The notes beneath the pieces are model-generated. The model was not told the DNA's origin. It saw only the letters and a list, made by a program, of their open reading frames with translations, and made no database searches. A program made the position numbers and the translations under genes. Positions 12,862 through 26,944 of a stretch of 64,000 nucleotides of DNA are shown piece by piece. Position 1 is the first letter of the stretch. Each line of letters opens with the position of its first letter. This DNA comes from Octopus vulgaris. Lineage: Eukaryota. The stretch covers positions 54,374,001 through 54,438,000 of the forward strand of contig OX597819.1 of the NCBI GenBank assembly GCA_951406725.2. Direction: 5' to 3'.

Positions 12862-13987
12862 AAGAGTGAGAGTATAGTTGACAGATCTTCCTCCTACTGC
12901 CAATCTTAGTTTATCTAGAATCAATTCCTCTTTGAGTGTATGAATTACTTTGTATTACAAGTTTTATGAATGCTTATTACAACTTTTTTTTTAATCACTT
13001 TCATTAATAATATCATACTAGATTGTTATTGTAGTAGGTTAGACATGGGAAATGAACAAAATCATCTATGTTGTTGTTGTTATTATTATTACTATTATTA
13101 TTATTATTATTATTTTGTGAATATTTATAACAAGTCTCTCGGTAATATACAGAATTATCTTCAGAGCTAAATGCACTTACAAAAATTGCTAAAATGCTGC
13201 CGACTTTGTTTTTCCTGCCTACTCAGGCAACATTTTAATTACCAATTTTCTTATCACAACTAACTCCTACTGCACTTTCTATCATGTACGTAAGCAATAC
13301 CTATAAATCATAGTTTTCTTGTTCAACGTTTTTATTGCTTCTCGTGTGAAACTATCTATTAATTACTGCTGTTGTTCCATGATAGTTTTACAGAAATGTT
13401 TAGATTCAGTTTATTGACTTGCAATGATATATAATTTTCATCTATAAACTATCATCAACTCCTTTGTTCCCAACTATGAAGTCTTATCCTATATGTCTTT
13501 TCCTATGTAGGTGTAAATAATAAATTTTAAAATAAAGTTCCAATCTAATTATATTATGTCAGGCTTTAGATTTATTATATTAATCTTGCATTTGCTAAAA
13601 CTAACCTGTATTAGAGGGATTCATGAAACTTAAGTGTGTGTTTTGTTTTTTTTTTTTTTGCTTCAGCTCGACCCTGTTTCAGTAGACTTATGATCAAAAC
13701 CATTCTAGTTGTAACTATTTTCTCTTCTATTCATCCACAGTGTATCAGGGACCACATGATCCAGTGTGTCTTTCCTTCCTTAAGATGGGTATGATTTGAG
13801 GGCAATTTGGCTGCTATTTTTAACCAGTCATGGCTAATGTTATTTTATAGGTAATTCTTATGTACCTTAAATAACAAAAGTTTTTTTTTTTCTACCTGGT
13901 TTTCATATAGATTCCTTTCTTTTTCGTTCAGTTCAAATCTTACTACTGCCAATTTTGCATTTCAACTGACTATTAATAAATATCAGC

Positions 13988-14033
<46 letters not shown>

Positions 14034-16913
14034 CATATATCATTTGACTATTCCTTTCTCTCTCCTTCACAGAAATGTATTTTCCTTGTAAAAAGAAAAA
14101 TGACTATGAACTCTGACAGTAACAATAACAAGAGCTATCTCTACAATAAATGCTCTCTCTTGTTACTGGATAATTATTTTAGCCATTACGATTTTTACAA
14201 AGTAATGTCAAATAATTTCAAAAGTTTACCTATCATATCATTATTGTCATTGTTCAATGTCTGTTTTCTATGGTGGTGTGTATTGGATAGTTTGACAGGA
14301 GCTGACAAGCCAGAAGACTGCACCGAGTTCCAATATCTACTTTGGCATAGTTTCTATGGCCGGATGCGCTTTCTGATGCTGTCTAGTTTACAGAGTGTAC
14401 TGTGCTTTTTTCATGGCACTGGCACTAATGAGGTCACCAAGTAACTTGCAGGACAAGCATGCTCAGCTGTTTATAAAAGTTTGAAGGAAAAAAAGAATTT
14501 CAGATGGTTGATTTGTGATAAGGGAGGTAAAAAAAATCCGCTTCATACTGTTGGTTCTTTTTCTTCAGAGAGAGAAAGAGTGAGAATAAAGTAGCCTTAT
14601 CACCACAGTCACAAAACTGCAGCTGGAAAATTTAAAGAAATAAAGGAGTGACATGGAGGGGTAGATATAAGGGGAGAGGAAGAGGGAGGGAAATATAATG
14701 TAAGTAGTGTGGCCAGAAATAAAGTGTGAGTAGTGATCAAAGTTTGTAGCAAAACCCAGGTCAGTTGAAATGGATGGAATATGGTGGGACCAGCCAGGTC
14801 TGGTAAAGTAGGAAATAGTGAGAAAGCAGAGCAGAGGAGGTGATGGACAAAATAACATATACATAATACAGAGACACATGTAAACAAAGTGGGATACTGG
14901 AGTGGGTAAAGGAAATGAGTTGTGGGTAAAGAGGTCAATAAAATCGGGGGGGGGGGATAAGCTAACAAAAAGGAGATCAGCACAAGAAAGGGAATGGTGG
15001 ATGATAAGGAGTGAGCAGTATCATAAAGATAAAATTAACCAAAGTAGGCAGGCTGACAAGGGGTAATTTGTGACAAAAGATGGGAAGAAGGTTGAAATCA
15101 AAATAATACAACAATACACAAGTACATAATGTGCATATACAATCAAGTGTGCGGCATATGCACAAGCTGCATATAATGTATATGATCAGTAATCATTCAT
15201 TGGTTGGTAAAAATTAATTCAGTCAATTCAGGGTGAAGTAAAGCATGCTATTAAGACCCCTTGTAGTTGCAGCATTACAATATGAAATAAAGTCCACCTT
15301 TTGCATTATATAATAATATAAAATACATAATATAATGTATTTTTTGTTACACTCTACAACATTCACACACACAATTTTATTATGTATTAGTTAAAAAAGA
15401 AACAAATTTATGGACAATTTGTAGAGTTTGGAAACATTTTTTTTTTATGTATACTGACAGGAGATTTTAATCTCATAGTTATTCTACACAAAAAGAATAG
15501 GTATAGCTATGTTGTTCAAAAGTTCACTTACCAAGCACATGGCTTCAGGTTCAGTCCCACTATGTGGTACTTTGGACAAGTGTCTTCTACTATAGTCTCA
15601 GGATGACCAAAACTTTGTGAATGGAATTGCTAGTCAGAAACTGAAAGAAGTCTGTCGTGTGTGTGTGTGTTTATATTTCTTTGTTTTGACATCACGCAGT
15701 ACATGTAAATGAGCCACCATCATACAAGCACTATCCTTTGTTTCCAATTTTTCACAAAAAATGTCTGGTCATGGGTAAATATTACCTTGCTTGGAAACAG
15801 GTGATTGGTTAACACCAAGAAAGACATCCAATCATAGAAAACCTGCCTGAACAAATTTCATCTGACCCGTGCAAACTTGGAAAAGTAGATATGAAAACGA
15901 TAACTCTGCACATTGTATTAAATTTCATATGGTCTTTTCACTCTCAAGTACACTTTGTCTCTGTATTGTTCCTGTAATCCTTATGGTAATTTCCAGGGTT
16001 ACATTTTTTTTTGTTGGCTAGGAAGTTGGTGTATCTTGGAGTATAACTTTGATTTAAGTAGCCTTCTTTGTTGGTACTCATTTTGAGAGTTCATTACTAC
16101 TAACAAACTTTGTCAGTTACACAATTCTCTTGCTGCTATTAGAAGTGGTCTCTGCATTAACCTGACATCACTTTACTGCCTACTGGTGGAATAGTCCAAT
16201 TGTCATAGTTAAGTTTTGAAAAATATAATTTTTCATGATTGGTAAATGAAATGTTTATATCACATTATTTCTCTGTTTCTGTGAATTGATGCAAGTATTC
16301 AGTTGCAGCTGTTGCATAAAAGTTAATTTCCATTCTTATATATATATTGCATCTTATTCAAAACAAACAAAAAATATTTTGTAATAATTGGAATGTATAC
16401 AAGATGGAAATAGATCTGATATTCCTGTGTATATGGAAAATAATTGCTCCAACTATTAATACATGCAAAACTTGAAGGTAACTGGCAAGCTTAAAGATTG
16501 AACTACAAACCATTTTTTTAAGCCAACTTAGAGAAACAGAAGGTAAATATTACAATTTTTTTTTTTTACATATTTATAGCCTTACAAATATAACTAATTG
16601 TAGATGGTGACAACTTAAATTGGGGTTAAAAAGGGATTGTGTTGTAAAAGTCTTCATGATTTTGCCGTATTTTGTGAAAAGTTTCTTTTCATGTGTGATC
16701 CTGAACTTTCATAAAATGTAGCTAGATATATGAATCTTGTGATCTCTATTTTGCAGTTCACTCTATATTTCATCTCTCTTTGAAAATGCTTATTCTAAAT
16801 GGCTATCATCCTTTTATGTGTGTTTTCTGCTCAGAGACCAGACACCAGATCAATATGTTGCTATAAAATTATGACATCACATGAACACACACACACATAC
16901 ACCTCTCTACCTC

Positions 16914-16960
<47 letters not shown>

Positions 16961-17289
16961 ATAAATTCTTGTCTTTGGTTTTCAGAAAATTTTTTTCTTT
17001 TAGTCCTAATATATTGATTTTCTCATTAGACCAAATAAATTTAACATCAGAATCAGTGGTGTAAGTCCAAAATGATGGCTTAGCGTAACAGAAACACATC
17101 GTGTGTATGATTGAAAATCTTTCAGAAATGGAATAAAACTGACTTATTTTTATTGAAACTACTTATTAATAGCCTATTAGAAATCATGAACGTAATTTAA
17201 CAGATTTGTATAGACTATTATTAATTGTAAAATATGTCTAAACTCATCTAACTTAAAGAATTTCCAATCTTTCTTCTAATGTGAGTCAT

Positions 17290-17650
17290 CTTTGTCTTCT
17301 TGGTATTCCTTTCAAGTTTTCAAAGTGAACATTCACCTGTTGAAATCTGACTGTTTTGACTCACTGATCATAAGTGCAAAGTCAGCAAAACAGCTATTCA
17401 GAAAAATTGTTGTGTATCAAATCAAATACTACTACTTATCACTGGTTGTAAATTGCTCCACAAGTATTGTTCCTTTTATGATTCATTCAGTACAGAAGGC
17501 CAAGTGGTAATGTCAACAAATCAAAACCCTGTTTTTTTTTCACTGTCTTTAGTATGACTTTTAGAATGTTTCTGTTAAGATTGTGCTACTTCTCATTGCT
17601 GATGAAGATTAGTTTTCACATTAGAAGGAATTTGAGGTAAAGCTTTTTAT
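17290..17650 (-). pseudogene. Decayed Tc1/mariner DDE transposase fragment
   Basis: Minus strand gives LIFISNEK*HNLNR (cf. FSDEKKFNL) and, about 270 nt further, FQQVNVH (cf. FQQDNA..H); spacing is plausible. Confidence 0.35.
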
Positions 17651-18606
17651 CTTTAATCAGTGATAGTATTTTTTTCTGCAACATTTCTTATTGCTTTTGT
17701 ACTAAACAACATCCATTGATAATGACAAATATTTATTAAGGAAAACCTAAAGCCATTTAAAAAAATTTTTGTCATTTACGATAATGTTCTAGGATTTTGA
17801 CAAATGTAAGCAAATGAATGTTGTTATATATGTCACAGAAAACTCGATCTGGTTTGGAATCTTGTTGGATCCATATTCACAGGTCACATACCCATTCTTT
17901 TATATAGTCACCAAGTGTCACAACTTCAGTAAACCAGTTGTTCTGATTTGCATAATTAATGTTTTGCTGGTTGCTAACTGTTACTGTAGTGGATAGCATA
18001 TATGGATTATTATTAATGTGTATGAAGGTAAACATAATATTTTATGGTTAAAGCCTTGAGTCTTTTACAAATGTAAGCAAATTGATTTGCATTATCTTTT
18101 CTACGGATAGAAAAGTGGAGGTTGCCTTATTAATACATGTTAATAATTATCCATACATTCTGTTCAGTGCTATAGCAATTAATTAAATTAGTGGTTAGCA
18201 AAGCATTAATTATGCAAATCAAACAACTGATTTATTGAAGCTAATTCATTTAGGGGCTATAAATAGCTATTAACCCTGTGGGTAGAAGAAACAGATACAT
18301 GACTTCTGAAGATGAATTCAGTTATACTGAAAATCAGGTCAGGTTAATCTTCCTTTTTCTGTCCATGGAAGAGATAACAATAGTCAATTTACTAAAGTCT
18401 CACAGTATCAACTAAAAAATATTGGGTTTAACTTAAATCCTATTATTTTGAGAATTTTAAATCCTCAAGATAGTATATTTTATACATTACATCTTTCCTG
18501 ACAATTTTTCTCATAAGAATATATAGCCTTTTGTGTTATAATTTTGAAAATGATCAAGAATGAGATATTCAGTAAAATAAGTAACTATCAACTTTTATTG
18601 AAATCA

Positions 18607-20254
18607 GTTGTATTTACCAGTTTATTGCACTCACTTTTCTTTTAAAAAAATGCCTTTAAAAGAAATTCTCTTTGCATGTTATATGCAAAGTTACAGTTCT
18701 GTGTAAAATGACTTCCCTAAAAAGAAGAATAAAACCTATTCCCTTCTTATTTTGATTGTAAATTAAGATATACTGACATAAAGATATATCTATGTATATT
18801 TATGTATTAAATTAATATATACCAACACGGTATGAAGAATTTCATTTATTTGGTCCTTGCAAAAAAGAGCAAAGTATTTGCTTTGCCTCAGAACAAAGAT
18901 TGAATGATGGTTGACCTTAAGGTATCTGATGTGGTCAATCCACAAGCAAGTTTTACTCTTTGGTAAATAGCAGTACAAAGTTGAACATGAAGCTCTCCTG
19001 CCTCACTTTTATTATGCTTATTTCCAAAGTATAAATGGCTATTTTATATTTCTACTGTGCAATGCCCCTATTGAAATTTAAACAAAAGTGATTGTGTATG
19101 CATCCAATTACAAGTTAAGATGATAGAATGAGGAAAGAAAGTGGCAATAGACCCACGGTTAGGTGTTGTGAGGGGCTACCAACAGAATGCACAATACATG
19201 GGTGGAGAAAACAAAGAAAAATTACCATGCGTAAAATGCAATTTTTGAGGTGATATTGCTAAATGGCCTACATTGGAAAAGACCTGAAGATGTGGATGTT
19301 TATTCATAGGAAATCTGGCATTGCTTAGCAAAGACCTGCAAATGATTTTAAAGGAACCGTGCATGGTGTTACAGAAAAAAAAACATGAAGAAACATGTAC
19401 TATGTATGCAAACAAGAACAAGAATTGGCAAGTGAATGCCTGACAACATAAGAAGTTTTATCATCACAAAGCCATTCCTACTAGTATTTAATGTATCTAG
19501 ATATAACCTTACAGAATTACCGAAGATGAAGCTAGAGAATTATAAAACAACAATGGCAGTCATATCTAGAGAAGTTATTTCACGGTTACAATATCAAGAT
19601 GTTTATGCATGAGGAATGGAATAAATGCATGAATGATTTATCTCTAATGGATGCATGAAGAAACCTTGAAATTCAGAAGTATGCTGGTGGGTTAAGACAT
19701 TCATAAGATGCAGTGAAAGAAAAGATTGTTGTCAAATTTTTTCAAGAAGTACTATTATTAGTGCTTTAGATAGCACAGAAGATTAAATGAATTATGAAGT
19801 AGGTGAGAGTAGTTGGGAAGAAGAATTTGAAAGTTTCAAAGATGGCAGCAGTGAAGAATTTGAAAGTTTCCCAGAGGCTGCAATAAAGATGAAATTCAAA
19901 GCTTCAAAGATAGCAAGTACTGAATAAAAATTTAACATCTTGTTCTGCTTATTCATAATTTTAAGCATATCAAAGGCAATTATTTTGCTAGAATGTTTTT
20001 TGGGAGTTTTTTTTTTTTCATTTTTTTCTATATAAGTGAATTTATATATATTTTTTATTCTTCTTATCCAAGATGCTGAAACCACAATATTTTTGACATG
20101 TATGTTGTTTATTCATAAAACCTAAAAAAATTCAAATTTTTGCAAAGGAACAAATTATTTCCTTGAATTTGAAATATAATCTATTTTTTCTCAAATTTCT
20201 TTCACATAATTAGTGTGTTATTTGCATGTGCATATTATGCGCCAGCAAATATGG
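18607..20254 (+). mobile_element. Internally deleted pogo-family (POGK-like) DNA transposon
   Basis: Broken frames give YASNYKL..IE*GK..GNR...PTECTIHGWRKQ (Brinker-type DBD), GDIAKWPTLE..LKMWMFIHRKSGI (CENP-B HTH) and NGCMKKP*NSEVCWWV.HS*DAVKEKIVVKFFKK...SALDSTED plus an acidic tail. Right end GCCAGCAAATATGG-TA; left TIR is degraded. Confidence 0.75.
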
Positions 20255-20932
20255 TAATTATTTTTCACATAATGAGATTTTCAAAAATCTGAATTTAGAT
20301 TTGAACACTTTAATACAGGCTACATCAGAAAGGATAATACCGAAAAAGTTAATTCCTTGATTTCTGAGTGTGAAATTATAGTTGTTTAGGTACTAGCAGT
20401 TAGATTAGATCATTAGTTATCAATTATCTTATAATATTCATTGTAAGTAAAATATATCAAAAGCAGTGGAGTGGGGAATCTTTTTTTAACAAGCATAAAG
20501 AAGACCAAAAATAACTACAGTAAATCATACAAACGTTGGTACATCAGTTGGTATTTTATCTCAATATTTCATGCTTTTGGTTCTATATTTCTTATATAGT
20601 CTAGATGAGTTGTCAATATAGTGATACAAATGTTAAGGTTTTATCTTTTTAAATGGATACCACTTTTAAATATTTGGGCTCCTGCAAAATAGCAAATTAT
20701 TTTTTATAGAGATTTATTGACTTAGTTTTGTTCCCCCCTCTCAGCTATCTAAATTGGTACTTTTTTCAATTGATTAGTTTGCAACACCACTAAAAGCTAC
20801 TGTTAGATTTATCTTCTCTGAATCTTACCTTGTTCTCTTTCAAATCCCTTAGCTTGATGTTAGCCCATTGATTACTTTTGTATGCAAGCTTGTTTACTAT
20901 GTAAGATTTTTTTTTCTCTTGTGTATCCTCAA

Positions 20933-21013
20933 TATAAATATCTAAAATCACTTTTACTTGCCTATGTTCTCAGTATAAATATCTAAAATCTCTTTTAATT
21001 GCCTATGCTCTCA
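20933..21013. repeat. 41-bp tandem direct repeat, 2 copies
   Basis: TATAAATATCTAAAATC(A/T)CTTTTA(C/A)TTGCCTATG(T/C)TCTCA starting at 20933 and 20974. Confidence 0.9.
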
Positions 21014-24000
21014 AGTGACTTCCTAATTCTCACTCCAATTACTCTTCCCTTCCACCATGTCCAAAGTTTTAGAAGTTAATACAAAAACCATCATCGCTTT
21101 TTTTATTTGCCTTATTTTCTTGATTTAGTGATTTAATGTTGGTTATGTGGCATTTTAGAGCAAAGAAATGGAGTGAATGGGCCATTGCTGTGATAACCAT
21201 CAATACCATTAAGTTTGGTAGTATTGAAAAAACATTCTGGCAAACCCTTATAGTGTAGAATCAGAGAGTTAAATATAAACTTATGTTATTTGTAGTATTG
21301 ATTTCCTTTGATGAGGCTCAAGGCTGATTTTTTTATACTTGGAATAGAGTCAACTCAATTTTCCCTAAAAACTTAGTACAAATCTCACTTTCAAATACCA
21401 TTGTAGATTCATTTACAATGGCAGTCTCTATCATCATCATCATTTAACATTCATTTTCCATACTAGCATGGGTTGGACCTTTATATATTTTATATATGAT
21501 TGAGAAATTCTGTGTAGTTTCTTTTACCTCCCTATTTTCATATTTCATTCTTTATTCATCCATTCATTCAGCTAATAGATTGTATTTTCCAATAAGTCTT
21601 ATTATAAATTCATTTCCTTTTACTCATTATCAATAGTGTGTGTGTGTGTAAAAGTGTTCGGCTGTAGTTTTATATTCACAAATGTATATTCTGAATTTGA
21701 AACCATTTAACTTATGTTGGTGATATTGACATGTATTTTGATCTAACAAACCTTGTTTAAACATAACAAGTTTAAGAAATATACTGAAAATACTAAAAGC
21801 ATACATAATCTTGATAATAATTTCAAAGCTGTAAAATAGCTGTCCAAAAAAAAAAAGTTCTGTTTTATTAGTTGGACTGCATTATTTTAATTTAAAAAGT
21901 TATTTTTCTTATCTTATTGAATTAATTGGTAAATTTATCTCCTGAATAAATTAATCAATCTCATTGAAACATTTTGCATGAACTGTAATATTATTAGAAT
22001 AATATTCAAATTTCAATTATTCAGAGAACATTGTAATTGTTTATCTAACTACTTTCATTGGCTGTCTTATATACATTAGTAGATTTGCTGCCTTTTAGAA
22101 TCGGTTTCTAATGCAATGACAGTATTGTTGCAATTAGCTGCAACATTAAAACGAAAGCTAATTTGGAAAAAAGAAATGATTTCACTAGTATTTAATGAGA
22201 ATTTTAAAACAAATTAAAAATCTAAATGAAAATTTTTGCCTCATTGTTTTTCAGTGTCCAAATAACTTCTTTACAAGCACAGAATTATTTTGTAATGAGT
22301 AAAGGATATTGGTTCTTTAGCAATTCAAAGAAATGTGATAGAATGAAGAAATCAATAAGCTGTTATTGCTTTGAGCACAAAGGCCTGCCTACCGCTCAAT
22401 ACTTCTATTTGATTGATCTATCTCTACTTTGATAGCAAGTCACTCCTCTTGATCTTGCTATATATTTTTTGGTGATGGTGGTGGAGTGTTTAGCCTTGCC
22501 TACTACTTAATTCATATGTACCTTCCTACCTATAATTTTTAACATTCTTGCTCTACACTGTTACTACTGCTGCTGATGTTACACTTACTATTACCTTCAT
22601 CAGTGGTTGAAATTCTGTCACTATTGCACTTACACTTCTCATTGACAGTGTTTTTTTTTTCCTTCCTTTCCTGAAAGCAAAGTATTCCTGCTGATTTTGG
22701 AAGTTAACGCCTATCACCCTATCATGTTGCTGCTGAATTGTAGTGCTGCCACTAAGCATTCAGTTATTCTACTCATCGCACCAACTATTTTAACTGTTGT
22801 TGCTTTCTGCTGCTATCACCATCACTACTATTGTCTGCATAAATCCTCATCCTGTAAACAAAAAACATTATTAACTTTATGTTGCTTTGCACATACATCA
22901 TTCTTAATACTTTTTTCACCGGAGAAAAATTATTTTTAACATGACTGAATTTTTTTTTAGTTTTCTGAAATTCATTGATAACATTTAGTTTAATGCATCC
23001 GAAAGTCTTTCTCTCGCTGCCGAGAGATATAAAACATTGTTTATATCAACAGTGTGCTCTTTGTGTTAGAATGTAAAAAGCAAATTAGCCAACACTTTAT
23101 TATGTGCATTGGATAGTTTCTTACCTTATCTAATAACTTTCATCTTACCTGTCATATCACAAGGATATTTTGATAGGAAGCAAATCTTTGTGACTGCCAA
23201 TCTGTGGAGTTAACACCAAAGTTATTTGAAGTATACTCAAAATTTCACCTTACTTGGAAATATTCAATAGAAATATCTGAGAGTTTGTTAGTTCTTACCT
23301 GGATGGAGAACACTTAACCGGCATACACACTGGAATATATCTTGTCATTATGTCTATTACTTTTACTAGATGTTGATGCTGTTAAATGTTCGCTTTTATA
23401 TTTCTTGCATGAGTATTTATATTAGTCATATGTCAGCTTAAATAATCTGTTTTTGTAGGTTTTGATAATTTCCCTTTTATTCAGACATCAGTAAATTACA
23501 TTCCAACCTAGGCTGTAGTTTTGTTTAATGTTAGGTTAGTCATTTGAATTTCTGGTTGTGCAGGAATATTTTGCATAGTCTTTTCATATGGATGATAGTT
23601 TTGTGTGTTGTAATACTTGAATACTTGTAAACAGTATAATTTTAAATATTTCTACTTTCTTTTCTGTCTATTTAGAGGTATATAATTATACTATAGTTTC
23701 TCATTCAGATCAACATTCTCACACATAATAGATTTTTGTAAAAGTTGTTTATTGTAATTTTATTTGAAAACTTCACATTCAATGAATCTATATATGTATA
23801 TAACTTTAATGTTAGAAAATATTTCAAAGTATCTTGTGGTGATGGCGACTTCTACAAAGTTTAGCACATCAATAAAAAGTATTTCATGGAGTTTTGTAGC
23901 TCATTATACTCATGTTTGTATTTAAGATTAGATATATTGGATAGGAATTGATTATAAAGATAAGGTAATTAATAAGTTTACAAAAACTAGAATAGTTTCT

Positions 24001-26589
24001 GTAATTAGTTTAATTCTCTTTCTGTTTAACATCCCCACCACCACTGTCGAGAAAAATGAAAAGAAGAAGAAACTTAAGAATTACCTTTTTATTCCCTAAA
24101 AACCTGTCTTATTCTTGATATTCTCATTTATAACCTGCTGTTATGATGATATTTTCATGATTTTTTTTCTTTTGCATTAAGCTTAGTTTTGCATAGGTTT
24201 TGCTTGAATTATTTCTAATATTTCATATTAAAGGTTTACACTAAAAAGATTATTTAGAAAATTATCCATGCCATTGATAAATTTTATTTGTTTCTAATTA
24301 GCTTTTTCATGCTACATTAATTTATTTATTATAAATTTTAAAGGTGTTTTTCTGTTTTTAAGTTCTTTAATCATAATTTGTGGTCTCATTTCTGGATATA
24401 ATTTTATACATCAAGTTGGAATTATACTCTGCTATTTCATTTACTTCTTGGTTTTAGTTTGTCAAGAGGGGACACAACATATTGAAGTAATATTCTGTTA
24501 ATTTCTTTAGAGTTCAATTTAATTAGCAAAATTCTAAATATGTTTGCTATTGGCGGTAGTTTAGGGCCAAATGACTTTAATCATGTTCAATATGAGCCCC
24601 TTGGAGTTGTTTATGAAACACAAAAAGAGGTAAATAAATTTATTTTCTCTACCTACTTTTGTTTACATATGTGCATATACACATACATGCCTGTTTGAAT
24701 GTACACACATTAACATAGTTGTCCATTTGCATAATTTTCTATTTGTGTTGTTATATTTAAATTCAAATTAAGATATATGCACCATTTCATATAGACTGCA
24801 TTGAAATTATGAAAAAATACATCAAAATATAGTGTTTACATTGTTTAGTCATAGTACTGTTTTTATTCAATATTACAATACAAATTATGGAATTTCAAAC
24901 ATACTACTTAATTGTACAGATAACTTTTAATAAAGCAATTACATTGTGGATGAGTTATTTTAGCTGCATGATAGCATACAAAAAAATCTTATATTCACTT
25001 TTCCTTTATTTCTTAATAGTACATGCTATTATGAAGTGTTGAAAAGTTTTAACACACTTCAGCAACCTGGTCACTAACACAATTTCACTGCATTTTACAG
25101 AGATGCAATGAAATTGTGTCTGATAATCAAGTTTCAGAAGTGTAAAAAAATTTCTGTGACACTTCATAATAGACTGCACTATTAAGAAATAAAAGGAAAG
25201 AGGACTACAACAGTGTTCCTCTTTCCTTAAAGTATGTAAAATGATTCATCTGTGTTTTAATTCTTTCATTTTCAACATATGGTGTTTGTGGTCATTTAAC
25301 CTGTTAGAAATTGCAACCAAATTTCTCTCTGATCACATTTCACTAGCTCACAAAGAAAAAAAGAACACATTGAATAATATAATCATACATAGTTTCCCAC
25401 TTCTTTATGGGTTGGGATGGAGATGGCTGAAATACAGTTGATCATAGATCTACTCAGTTAGGAATGTCCACAGGTTAAACAATAGCATTGTCTCATGTTG
25501 GTACAAGGCTAGCTTCCATTCTTTAAATCCACTCACAATGCCCTGGTCAGCCCAAGGCTCTGCACTGTGGGACTGAACCTGAAAAGACTATGAGGTTGGG
25601 AAGTGAACTTCTTAGCCACACAACCCCTTACAGACACACACACATGTAACATCAACCCCAGTAATTGATTGGTACTTGATTCTATTTACCCAAGAAAGAT
25701 GTAAAGCAAAGTTGACTTTGGTGGGATTTGATCTTAGAAAATATAAGCTTGGAACAAATACTGTGAAGCACTTTTTCTGATACTAATATAAGGATTAGAG
25801 AATTTATTGTAATCATCTATAGTGTTATTAATGCTTAATCTCTACTACAAGTACTTAATTGTTTATACATTCCTTCATTTTATGTGTATTTCCCATGCTA
25901 ATACAGGTTGGTTAAATATGATATTGAGGCATTGTTTTAACAGTTAGATGCCCTTCTTGACACTAACCCTTACCTGTTTTTCAAGTCAGAGATCTCTTAC
26001 TCCATTTGAGTTCAAAAGCATGAAGTAAATGGACAATCGAATGATTGGGGAAGTGCCAACAGAATGCCACTCAGTTTACATGACTTCCTAGTAAGCAAGC
26101 AGCAGATGTAAACAAACATATACACACGTGCATATACATACAAACATATCATGTGATCACGTGATTGACCAGACTATTGGATATTGTTAATCATCACTGG
26201 TCACAATGCACTTAGCATCATTTTAGCTTTTGAATGATGCCACTCTGCTGGCTGAGTAAGCAGATCAACATTCTCCCTGATTGAAAGGCTAGTCCATTGC
26301 AGGATTACCCATTTACAGCTGAGTGGACTGGAGCAGCGTGAAATGAAGTGTTTTGCTCAAGAACACAATGCACAACCACACGCATATATATAAAAACAGA
26401 CCTCTTTTTCAGCTTTCTTTTATTAAAATCCACTGACAAGGCTTTGAATTAGCCTAGAATCATAGAAGACCTCCATCCAAGGTGGCTGCACAGTGGGACT
26501 AAACCTGAAAAGAACATGTAATTGGGAGGTGAACTTAACTAAACAGTCATACTTGTGCCAATAACCACACAGCTATATATACATACAGA

Positions 26590-26940
26590 CATGTTTGATA
26601 AGAGGAGGGCTGAGGACTTGATGGAAATGCTGGGGTTGGAGGAATCAGTGGAACGGTTGGCAAGGGTGAATGGAGTGTGGTGGTATGCACATGTGTTGAG
26701 GAGCATATTCTGAAGAGGGCCTACATTCTGAGATAAATGGACAGCGAAAGTGAGATAGACTGAGGAAAATGAGGAGGAGTCAGGTGGAGGAGGAGATTGG
26801 GAGGGTTGGCTTGAGAAGGGAGGATGCTCAAAACCAGGCAAGATGGTGTGAGGGCAGTTGCTATGGCATTGAGATAGATCTGGCTACCCCCGTTAACAGG
26901 GACAAAACCTGAATTCAAAATTATTGATGATGATGATGAT
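26590..26940 (+). mobile_element. 5'-truncated RTE-clade LINE 3' end
   Basis: DKRRAEDLMEMLGLEESVERLARVNGVWWYAHVLR...ILKRA..EINGQRK*DRLRK...VEEEIGRVGLRREDAQNQARW, followed by a (GAT)n tail. Confidence 0.8.
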
Positions 26941-26944
26941 ATAT

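Noticed and set aside
14565-15165. Overlapping 100+ aa minus-strand ORFs
   Set aside because: They arise from purine/pyrimidine strand-biased low-complexity sequence next to a repeat; the peptides have no protein-like signal.
23300-23322. TGGATGGAGAAC resembles miR-184
   Set aside because: Seed mismatch, divergent 3' half and no complementary arm nearby.
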